From Phoronis australis (taxonomy: Eukaryota; Animalia; Phoronida): a stretch of 64,000 bases of DNA. Shown here one piece after another: positions 49,201 through 61,200 of the stretch. A program made the translations under genes and the position numbers. Within the stretch, counting starts at the first letter, position 1. Each line of letters begins with the position of its first letter. The notes under the pieces are model-generated. The model made no database searches. It was not told where the DNA came from and saw nothing but the letters and a program-made list of their open reading frames with translations. The stretch covers positions 206,187 through 270,186 of the forward strand of contig NMRA01000074.1 of assembly GCA_002633005.1 (NCBI GenBank), given 5' to 3'.

Positions 49201-52200
49201 GTGAGTGCTGGTTAACTCAGATTTTGTGTACACAGGCCGATGGTCATTAGCTCTACCGTGGAGTAAAACATTAATAGTCCTAGGTTCGATCTACATGTTG
49301 GGGACGAGGTGAACTAGCCGGGCTGTGTGAAATTTCTGGGTCTAACGGAGACACTGACGCAGTGGTACCTAGAGTCAGCCAGCTTGCTGTATCAAGACTA
49401 TCGTCAAAATCCAAATTCGTTTTATCGTGTCCCTGTCAATAATAACGGCATGCTAAAGTTTCTTAATGTTCGTAGTTCAATAACATAACGATCCCGTGTT
49501 TTGTATACATACGCGTACACCGCATATCACATCTCGGAAAGTAATCGTGAGTGTTGCTAAATCTCTTATTCTGGGGCGATTTGAAAAATTCAAAGTTGTA
49601 CCAACATTTTTTCTCATTTCAAATATTACACTGTCTCAAAACTAAGTAAAACGCTCTTCCTAAAAGCTAGATTGTAATCAACAGATTATATCCGCATGAG
49701 CGAAGCCAATTATCCTCGCTTGTGACTTGATGAATACAGCAGCTAGGCGGGATCCCTTTGATCGTGAGCTGAGTGCATCACAGCCAAGGTGGATAAATAT
49801 GGTCTAGTTCAATCGGCCAACCCTTCAGTTTTCCCTGATCAGTGGGGTTGTGACGTCATCTCATTTAGTGGGAATGTTCACAGCATGAAGAACTAATCAG
49901 GTTTTGCATTTAGATGACAGGCATTGTCATTCATATATGCACTAGGAAAAGTTAAAATTTCAGTCCTTGCAAAATTTCTCCAAACGACTTAGCTCAACCA
50001 TCATAAGAAATTTAAGTATTAATAAGTTTCCAGGTTTAAGATTTTGCACAAACCAGGATAGTCACTTATTTCAAATGGGTGACAAGAAACTATGATTTCA
50101 CTTCATGTTTTAACTGTAAAAATTTAATAATTTCTAATTATCCATACGTAATATTTAATCTGGACCAAACATGATTTTGTACACTCTTGAGCGTAATGCA
50201 CTTAACAAAAGGACTTTATGAAACGCACCAGTGTCTGTAGCCCAGATTTTGATTGGCTGCTCCGAACCATGTGACGTCACTGCCAGCTGACCATCAAGTG
50301 ACAGACAGCACTCCTTAACTGGCAAATCGTAGAGTGAGTGAACATGCTGTTCTTGATCATCAATGAAGGTCGTGTACCCATGTAATAGTCCATCTACCTT
50401 CCAGTTCATAATACTGCCGTTGTTTGAGGCCGAGTACAACTTCCCTATAAGCAACAAAAACAGATTTCAACATGAACAATCCATCATCCTTAATTATAAG
50501 ACTACTATTCAACAGCCATCTAAACGTGACCTCTTGCAAAAACGGCTGCCTAACAACAGATGGTAATAAATCATCAGACGATAATTTCTCACATTATATA
50601 AATTGTCTCACATTTCGCCAATGTTTTATGTAAAAAGCATATGGAACAATTCTTAATAGTTTTACATAAATGCAACCACCTCAGGGATCGCGTCAGGATG
50701 TTGCCTTGTGACATTCCCAAAAATATCCCCAACACATTACCTTAATCAGTGCTGTAGTGGTAAAATTAAAGGCATGTAGGTGCTCAAAGCCCACCATATC
50801 ACCTTGAGCACAGAACATAACTTACGGTGCGTAGGTGCTACGTTCAAATGCCAAAAGGTGGTTGGCTGCGCCTATTTGTGCCTACGTGCGCCTACGCCCC
50901 ACTACAGCATTGACCTAAATGCACCCATTTTCCCCTAAGTTACTGATGGCAGTGTATTGCAGGAATAAAAGTCAGATGCATGACTGTGGTGTAGAAATTT
51001 TCTTCTTCATTGCCTAATGTTCATGTTCTCTCACGCAATCGAATGTGGGGGATAAAATATAACAGCCAAAGTCCTGTCTGAGTAACAGTCTTCATGGCTA
51101 CAGGATCGATCACTGACCAAGTGATCATCTGCCACAGAATACTAGAGCAATGACGGTTGTGAAATAATTCGTGTTTCCCATTTTCCGCTAGCGATATAAC
51201 TGACAGGTAAACCACCTTTTCAGGTTAGGATTAAGGATGGCCACATGAGCAGTTTTAAGTCATCTGATAGGTCCATTCAGGAACATCCTGATCCTTGAAT
51301 AGTACAGTTCTAAAATTTGAATAGCAATTTTATTTACTTTTTTATTAAGAAAACACTATGTGCTGGACAGGAGGGGGTTCGATTTTGGTGCTGCTTTGAA
51401 ACTTCAAAACTGCAAAACAGCGTAGACTTTATCAACTAGCTAGCAAGTGAGCTTTGAAGCAGCACTAAATTTGGACTACCAAGTAAAACTCAGAAAGAAT
51501 GATTTTATGAGATTTCACAAAAACTCAATGCCACTTACAATTCAAAAATATCACCACCAAGAACATAAGAGGGGAATGTTTGTCCCCTAAAATTGAAAAC
51601 CTGGAATGATCTCTGTCCCTGGATGTTAATCAAATCATTTGTTTAGGAACACGCCAATCACAAAATGTTCAAAAGTCCTATGCACAATTTAGCTATCCCA
51701 ACAATGTCTCAGTTTAAACCATGACACATTGGGAAATAACCAGTGCAAAATATGGTAACCAACTGCCAACCAACAGACATCAGTGTGGCAGTTCAAATTG
51801 TCACTCAATGAGATTCAGAGATGCAGCTTGTCCGTGCTCTTAAACAAAATGAACTGAATGAGCTTGCTATTACTAACAGTACAAGCCAAAAGTATGACAC
51901 AGAATGACGCAAAATTTCCCGTCATGAGGGCTGCGTGGAGCCTGACTTCATCGTCGACTAGTCTTCCCTCATGACCAAGAATGAACGGGAATTAACAACT
52001 TACTGAAGAAAGTTAGTATGGTGGCAAAGTCATTAATCTGTAATTTGAACTTTGACCCCTAAGCTATTACCATTAATTTCTACTGGTAACAGAAGTAGGA
52101 AATTAATGGAATTTGTATACTTTAACTTGTCTTATACTTTCAGTAGTCCAAAATATAGGGACAACACATGACTCAATCTCACCTTGGATGTACTGTAAAC

Positions 52201-55200
52201 TTGTGATCACTTCTGCCCCATGTTTGAGTTCACGCACCAATTCACCAGAGTCCACATGGAATACACCAATTAAACCATTTTCAAAGCCAACAAACAGACA
52301 CTCTTCTCTGCTGTCTATCTCCAACACGTTACTATTAGGTCCAAACTCGCCACGTTTCATGCTCCTAAAGGTATCCGGAACTGGAATATGTTTGATCCTC
52401 TTGGCATTGGAGGTTTGATATATGACAAGTCCTTGGTCAAACACTGCACAGACCAGCAAGAAGCCCGCCCTGATTAGTTTAATGTCCATACAGTTTGCCA
52501 GCAGACTGTCTTCCGTATGTGCCTTAGTTTTGCCTGTCATGTAATTGACGACAAGAAGTTTACCTATAAAATACGTTAAAAGTAGATGGTTGGTTACTGG
52601 GCTAAGGGTTTCACATTTTGAGAACGTTTGGTATGCAGTGGAGAAAACTGGTTCCCAAAATGTAGGACATATGTAAATGACTATTTCTGGTTCATGCCGT
52701 GAATAATTCGCTTACAAGGAAAAGATATCAACCCCGCAGGAAACACAACAAAGTAGGCTGGAACAATTGTTTGGGAAATGTACGTATATGTCAAGATAAA
52801 CCAAATTTACCATTTTTAGTTGTTTTGTCATGTGGAGAATTTCTTGCTTTCACCTGGTCATCCCTGAGATTCCCTTTGCTCTCAGACAACTTTTATAATG
52901 CCTATTCGAACACACCCTTTGTATTCAGCTAATGAAACACAAACTTAAGGTATAATGAATGACAAGCACAACTTTCTCAACAGTGACGGTTGTTATTGCA
53001 CCATCAGATCTTCAAAACCTGGGAACTGTCATCGAAAATATCCCCACGAGGATATTTTTGAAACAAATTTCCAAAATATCCCCATGGGGATACTTTTGGG
53101 CAGATCTTTTTTGGGAAATTCCTGATAAATGTTCCAACTGCATTTACTTGAAGGTGGGTGTATAGCGAAACATAGGCATGGCAGAAATGGTAATGAACAC
53201 CACAGTCTTGCAAACAGACTAAAGACAAATGACATACCTTTAGAAATCAAAACAACAAACTTCTTCTCTCTCCATGATTTAAACTGTCCTTGACGGCAAC
53301 CATCCACAGGAACAGTATGCTGAAGCTCACCAGATGATTCGTTCCAGATATACAGGCTGTAACCAGTTGCCATGACAATACCTTCATCTGGGTCAATATC
53401 CACATTCTGGATGGATTCAGTGGCATTTCCAGTGACATATACAGCGTGCTCTCCAGTTTGAGCACTTACACCTAAAATAAACATAAGCCACAAAAAGTGA
53501 TAGAGACAAGATTTGATGGAATCAAAGGCTTCCAACAGGTCTATGATCTGCACCATGTAAACTCTCTGGTATATTTTTGATTCATTTTCTTTTCATTCAG
53601 GAACATCTGGGGAGATGATGATCCAGAGTGGCATTAACTGTTTGATATATCAAGTGTATCTTGCATAGTAACTAGCCAAAGACTTGCAACAACGGAACAT
53701 TTACTTAATGAATATCTTTCATACTGCATTATTTTTAAAACAATTTTGAGATTTTATTTCCATTGTTGTTGAGTCACTTGAAAATTTACAAACTAGGATT
53801 TTTACCATAAAAGTTTGCAGATTATTGAAGAAGAAACTAATTTTGTCAACTTCCATATAAAATATCTGTCTAAAGTAAGACTTAATGTGTTTAGTGTGAA
53901 TAAATTTGCTCTTGATACAGCCGTAATGAGCTAAGTATACAGGGGAGGTTCTAATCGAATGCTTGGTGAAAAATGCTTACCATGGTGAAGAATGTTTACC
54001 AGATGGTGAAGAACGCTTACCACGGTGAAGAATGCTTACCATGGTGAAGAATGCTTACCATGAGAGGGGAAACCCTACTACTTTCCACCAAACATTTACC
54101 ATGCACCACAAGAACTAAATGTAAAGAACTGTGAGCAACAACAACACACAAGCACACCACAAACAGTTTTAATACAAATAACCAAAGTATGTGCAATTAG
54201 CGTTTCTCTTTCCTATGGCAAGAACAAAACCTGACACTCACCTACAACACAGCCCTCATTGGTTCCAAGTAAAGCCATCTGCGTCTCTTCATTGATTGCA
54301 TAACACTCGACAGTCATGTCCAATGTCTGAGTCTCCACCTTTACTCCAGAGTTTGTATTCCACACAGTAAATTCTGTTTTGCCCTTTGGCTTTGATTGTA
54401 TGAAAACCAGCTCTCCGTCGCTAGACATCTTTATGAGATCAAAAACTTTGGTCGGCTCGTCAATTATTGGCGCAGGAAATTCATTGATAACATTATTGCT
54501 ATTCATTTCCAGAACCTGCACAGTAGCTGGGTTAAAATTGTATACGACATACAAGTCATGTGTTTCCACCACACCAATAACCCAGTGAGGTCCACGCAGT
54601 TGAGACAATGAAATCCCATCAGGAGGACCCAGACAAGAGAATGTAGGCACAATCAAATCATCTCGACTTTTCACCCACTCCCAGGCACTTGCAACGAGAT
54701 TGGCAATAGATGGATATGTATCAGTCATGTGTGACAGACGACCTATTATCTCTCCTGCCAGGAAATCTACACTGACTTTTAAAGAAGGTTCAGCAAGTTG
54801 GAGAGTGAAGTAAATAAAGCTGATGTCAGCAACTTCTCTTGGACTAAGGACTTCTTCTTGAGTGAGAACGTTGGTAATGTCAATGGTCTGTCTGTAGTCC
54901 TCATACACGTCACCAACAGAAAGACCTTCAAAGTATATACATTTTGACATAGAATCAAACACATAGTTATTCAAAACAATATTTATGATGTTTCCCAGCA
55001 AGCAAATATTTTCCAGCTTTCCAGGAAGCAGTCTGGATAGCAGCTTGTACACAAAGAGGAAACATTATGAAGCTCCATGCAGTGTCATCAATGAAAACCA
55101 TTGTTTTGGTATTTTGATGTGGAATCTTTTGTTTTGTTTTCTCATAATATGATGAGTTCCTCATTACGTATGGTGACTCCATGGACCATGGCGTTCATAG

Positions 55201-58200
55201 ACTGCTTCAACAGGAAGAGTCACCGACCTTCCCAAACTTGATTTGTACAAGTTAGTTTAAACTTTGCGACAGCAGGGCTTGATTTGCTAACCTGCAGATT
55301 GTGTTTAACAGCATGGGAAAATGATATATGCGTTTTTTAGTAATTTTTTTACTTTTAACAGAGATTTTAAAAATATTGTTCCTTCAATCACTTGGTCTTT
55401 TGTCAACCTGTTGATAATGGCATTTTTGAGGGAACCGTGTTTCAGAGTTTTGAAACAGGTTCTAGTTTTTGGGAATGAAGCCTTCAAACGTCAAGACTAC
55501 CGCCGTTTTTTTTTCAAAATGCTCTAAAAAGTCTATATTTAAAAACTTACAACCTGTTTCAAAAATCTTGATAATGCCATTATCAACATGTTCACAAAAG
55601 ACCAATATGATTGGAGAAAAAATATTTTTAAAATCTCTGTTCAAAGTTAAAAAAAGTTTTACTAAAAATGTATATCTCGTAAAAAATAAGGACGAGAAAA
55701 TGTGAATAATAAATCTTGTTAGGAAATTTATATAATTTACCTTACAGAAAATAATAATTTGTAGAGGTTAAGGCTAACAGAAGTTCAGATATTTGCACAT
55801 TTAGTACAACCTGGTAAACAAGGCTCACAGTTACTTTAAACTTAAAAATGGAATCGTGTTGTAGGTACCAGACAATGAATGCTACTATTGATAACGCATG
55901 CTCAGTACATTTTATAGTAATGTATATAAAATGAAGTGATAACTCCACTAACCTTTCAGTTTCGTGCACAACCAGCTAAAGTTAGCCAACACCTGCTCCT
56001 TAATATCACTGACACCATTCATTGGTATCAACATCTGCATGTGGTGCGGCAGTAGTTGCAGTTTTCTGTGATTATCTGGGACAAGCGGTTGCTTTGCAAC
56101 CTTCCGATCAGCGTTTTCAATGGTTTTGTTTCGAGCAGTCAACGTAACAGTCTTGCGCACTCCGTCCACCGCCAGGTAAAGCTCACAAAAAGCCGAATGT
56201 AATCTAAACAGCCGAAATAACACAATCAACAAAATATGGAAATATTCGCTATGAAATGCAAAATGACAAACAGCCGTTTGTAAGTTAAACCGATTATGAA
56301 CACACCTTCGGTCAAAAAGTAATGATTGATTTTGAACACTGAAGATTATAAAATTAGACTGGAATTACAACTGTTCTTTCAACCAAGATTTCTGGCTTTG
56401 GGAAGACATGTGAGTTCTTGATTGTCCCAGACCAGTCTCAATAAAATGGATTAATTAACGCAACCGTTCATTTCACGTACCAAGCATCAAGTGGATTAAT
56501 TGACCCAATGGTTCATTTCATGTACCAAGTGTTAAGAGGATTAACTGATCCAGAGGTTCAATTCATGTACCAAGCATAATTGAAAAATACATTGAAATGT
56601 TTAAGCGCCTTCAAATTGACTTGGAATACATTTCGGTCAAACACAAACTCAAAACAGAAGTATGACATCTTACTCCGTGACATAAGCAGCAACTTCTTCT
56701 GTCAAAGCACGAGGTATATTCTCCATCATTGGATAGATCAAACCATATCTCCTAGCAACTGTATCCATGAACTGCTGGTGATACCTAAAATAACATGGTT
56801 TTTCAGCGTAACCCCTTCAAAAACTTCTATGCAGTAGCCCTAAAAATCTACAGTTTTCAACATATTCATTACACTACATGCGCATGATCCACATGTTATG
56901 CAAGCAACAAGAAGCCAAAAGAGGAAACTTCTTTTAAAAATTACTAAATGACCGCTTAAAACTGAATGTTGCATATTAGAGTAGTATCTGAAAATTCTTC
57001 TGAGAATCTATTTTGTGCTATCAAACAAATTCTCAAATGAGTAAGGACTAAAAACAGAAAAGAAAAATAATATTAATGTTAGTAGTTAAAACTTTAAGAT
57101 ATTCTCTTCCGAACATGGCAGATTATATCCAGGTTCTCTAACCCGTACTCACCAAGATATAACAGTCCTGTTGTGCTTCTCTCGTTCTGTAATGTATTCT
57201 CTGATGTCACTATGAATACGAGCCCACAGCAGAGATGGAATGTGTACAGTGCCCTCTACAGGAGGGTCATGGTACTGGTAAACCTCGATCATCACCTGTG
57301 GGTAAAAATAATCATTTAGTTAAGCGGTGCTATAAATCCACCAATCCCAACCAGAATACCTAATGTATAAAGTTGGTATCAACTTATTCTTTACTCAGGT
57401 AAGGATTAAGTTCTGGGGTAACGAAGAACAGTTCAGCTTTGCTTGAGATCATGTTTAGGGCATAACATGACATGTCGTGTCAAGCGTACTTATTGAGCCT
57501 GATCTCAGGCATTATAACAAACTAATCTGTTCTTCGCAATCTCAGTACTCATCTCTACTTCAAGTAAGGAACACATTAAGACCAGGTTTATAGCGGCAAA
57601 TATCCTTAATAATAAAAAGTTAGACGTTTTTTACTAATAATATTAAATATTTTAGTATGCAGAATACTAAGCTGATTCATGTATTACTAATTAAAGGATT
57701 TCGTAGAATTTCAAGGTAACAGGAAAACAATAGCATCCTCCTAAAATACACATTACCGTTCTGGTTCCATGGTTTTTACTCAGTGCTACATAACCATTAG
57801 GTATGGTTAATACAACTGCACAAAATGTCACAATTAAGTTTTGACAGACCTTGGAAGAACACATTGTCGTAATTATCCATAGCAACATTTTATGACCTAT
57901 ATTTAAGTAGACCACAAACCGTCAGAGTTGCATAAATAGTCACAATACCCATCGCTACTGTTGTCAGCAAAATTGAAATCATCATGTGGTGTTCTCAGGT
58001 AATCACACCAATGCAGGAACAGATAGACCAACAGACAGACAGGCAGGCAAAGGTTTAAGAATATTTCGTCTTTCTTTGCTTCTCCAACTATGTTTGGTGT
58101 TGGTGCCCAATAATCTTTCAAATAATATAGAGCAAATTTCTCTATATGATATGCCATATAATGGTAACCTGTATACAGAAAGTAATATCAGTGATATCAA

Positions 58201-61200
58201 TACAACATACCCTAACCATCAACACATTACAATCAGTTCCCATTGTTTTACAAAATCCTACTATGATGAAGCCCAACATCTCACCTGATCATTACAGGAC
58301 AGTAAATCTTCAACTTCCCGTTCCATAATCCCTTGAAACCCTACGACAGTCATGTACGACAGCGAGTATTTCACTAGAAGAGGAGGGTAAGTCACCTCAA
58401 GACGATCCACGATAAGATTGACAGCAGACTCCACACTCTTGCCCAAACTTCGCTGACTGGGCGATTCAAACGATTTCCACTTCAGTGATTGGTCAATGGC
58501 TAGCTTCACAAAAAGGGCCTGACTACACTCCAGGAAAGCATTCCTTATCAACCTCAGCTGATCTTCCGTCAGTTGTCGACCATTTTCTTTCAGAGAGGAT
58601 TCCAATATGTCTGACACATCACTTTCATCAAGTTTGCCAATTGCTACAAACTTAGTGTTGTTTGCTAAGTGACCTTCCATTAGATCTACCACATCCATAC
58701 CTTTCACTTGACTTACAACAGACACAACGTATTGCACATTGGCTGGTGGAGATTTGAACAGCCATAGCATTTTAGACGCATCGTCAAAGGACGACAACTG
58801 ATCAATAGCATCTAAGATGATGACAACTCTTTTCCCATTACTTAAATATTTCCCCGATAAGCTCTGCAGAAATGACTGAAACTCCCTGAGCAAGGCTCTG
58901 AAGGAGATACCTGCTGTGAAACAGTGATTGAATCCCCATGCTGAGGCTATCTGTGAGCAGATACTGGAAAGGAGCGATTGAACACTGGAGCTGGTAGGTG
59001 TTGTGCCCAGGAATCTTGTGATAAAAACACATTCCTTTCCGAGCCAATCCTTGCATAACTTTGAAACTTTGGCCATTACGGATGTTTTCCCACACCCCGA
59101 CTGTCCATGAACAACAACAGTTGCCAAACCATCCCTGACACATTCTTCAACTGAAGACAATATACCTTGCCTACCATAGAATGATTTACTTCTGTCAGAA
59201 GCAACTCTCCCATGAGATACAATTTCCTTGAGATTGTCTGTCCATTTATCCACTGCTAACTGTTGTTTATCCAAGTTTACCCGAATTAACCTTTTCACGT
59301 CTGCTGAGAAATCATCGCAAAACTGCTGCAGATACGTATTATTCTCACTAATGTTCTGTGGATCCAGACCGTTACCTCTCCACAGAGCTACATAAGTCTT
59401 GAAGTTTTCAGACGGAACACTGCTTGACACCTTACTCTTCAAACTGTCCATCAACTCAGTGGCTTCTGTATGGAGACTCCGTCCATTACTGTCTGTAATC
59501 GTGTCCGTGTAAAGCCTAACATTGTCATCTTCAAGTGAATCCTTCAGTTTATCAAACTGACGGCAATAGCACACAGCTGATCGAGCAGGGTCACTGCATG
59601 TCAGAATTCCCTCAAATATTTCCTGTTCCGTCACTAAAAATAAAAGATCAATTGGGTCAGAATGACATTAGCTTGCATAATATTTGCCGCTGGTGGGCAC
59701 AAGAGCATCATAGAATTTGACAAAGCTTTGCTTGGGAATGAGCCATCAGAAACTCTAAACACAATTATAGTTATTTTCTCCGCCATAAAAACATCAAAAT
59801 GACAAGGAAAATATTCAGCTAAATCTCAAATAATGTGGCAAAATTTTCACATAGCTAGACAAAGTCTGCGATTCAAAATTAAAAATGGGCACTTAAATAT
59901 AAACTTTTAAACTTCAGAATTTTGCAGCCGATGTGTGGCTAAATGTGGGTGTTCCCTCAAGTGTATCAATCTGTGAGCATGTTGATAAATGATTAGCCAG
60001 CTTAGCCACTGCACTTAACACATACATCCCAACTAGATAACAGCTTTGACATAAAGCATGGGAAAAGTGATTGATACCTGATCTAGTGAATGTATGACCT
60101 TGCTGCTCAGTCATTTTTCCACAGACAGCTGCTAAGTGGCTGGCTTTATGAATGGCAGTCTGAAGCTTGGTGAACTCCGCCCACCACTGTGTTGCATCTT
60201 CGGAATGTCTCGCAGCATTCTCAAGACTAGTGTCGTTGAAATACTTAAAGTGAGTGTCAACAGGCTAGAATACAAAGTTTTCAAAATGAACTTGAGATAT
60301 TTACGATTTTACTTTCAAGAGTGCGGTCCACACAAGTTACCCGAGAACAAGTTACTCCTGGGACAAGTTGTTGCTAGGTTTACTAAGTAATGATGTGGAT
60401 GCTGTTTACACTGGGGCAACTTGACACACACGTGACATAAACTTGTCGCAGCATGGACGCAAACCTGCAGATAAGACGGAAGTAATGACCAGCTGCACGG
60501 TTGCTCAGTTCCATTCTACAGTATCTGATGTCTAAGCATGTTTGCACCATATTTGTCACAAGGGTGGGTAGCCTGTGCGCTGACTGGGGTAAGTTTGTCT
60601 AGGCCAGGTGTTCTAGGGCAACTTGAAGTGTGGACACGGCTAAGGACAATTAATTATATATGTGGATGAGTGCAAAAATTTGCACTAATTAATGAGTCAG
60701 AAATTCAAGCAACGAAATCAAGATGAAATTCAAAATTTCTTGGCTAAGATTAAAATCAACGAACTGGTCTTTGTACTTTAGTGCTATATGCGCCAAAAAG
60801 CAGTACAAATATTAGCAGAAATACCGACACACTTGGCTGTCAACAATTTCAATTTTGACAAATGATAAGGATGCAAAAACATTAATTGGAAGTGCAATGG
60901 TAAAGGATGCTTGCTTTGAAGCGTTAACAAACAAAACACTCCAGAAAGTATGACAAAAATATACTGGTACACTCACTGACAAAGGTAACTTGGCAATGTG
61001 TTCATAATTCACTACTCCACTGTCTTTCACTTCCAGGAACAATTTTGGGAAAAACATCGATATCATTCAAATGACCAATAGAGTCTCAAAACCTTTGGTC
61101 GAGAGGATCTATGTGTCAGCTACATGCACTGAAACTCCTGTTTTATAGTTAATAGGCTAAAAATAATTGCATAAAAAAGGTTAACATCTATATGTTTCAC

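Noticed and set aside
52121-52182. Extension of the NWD exon to the weak donor at 52120
   Set aside because: The donor at 52182 is stronger and is the one in phase with the next exon
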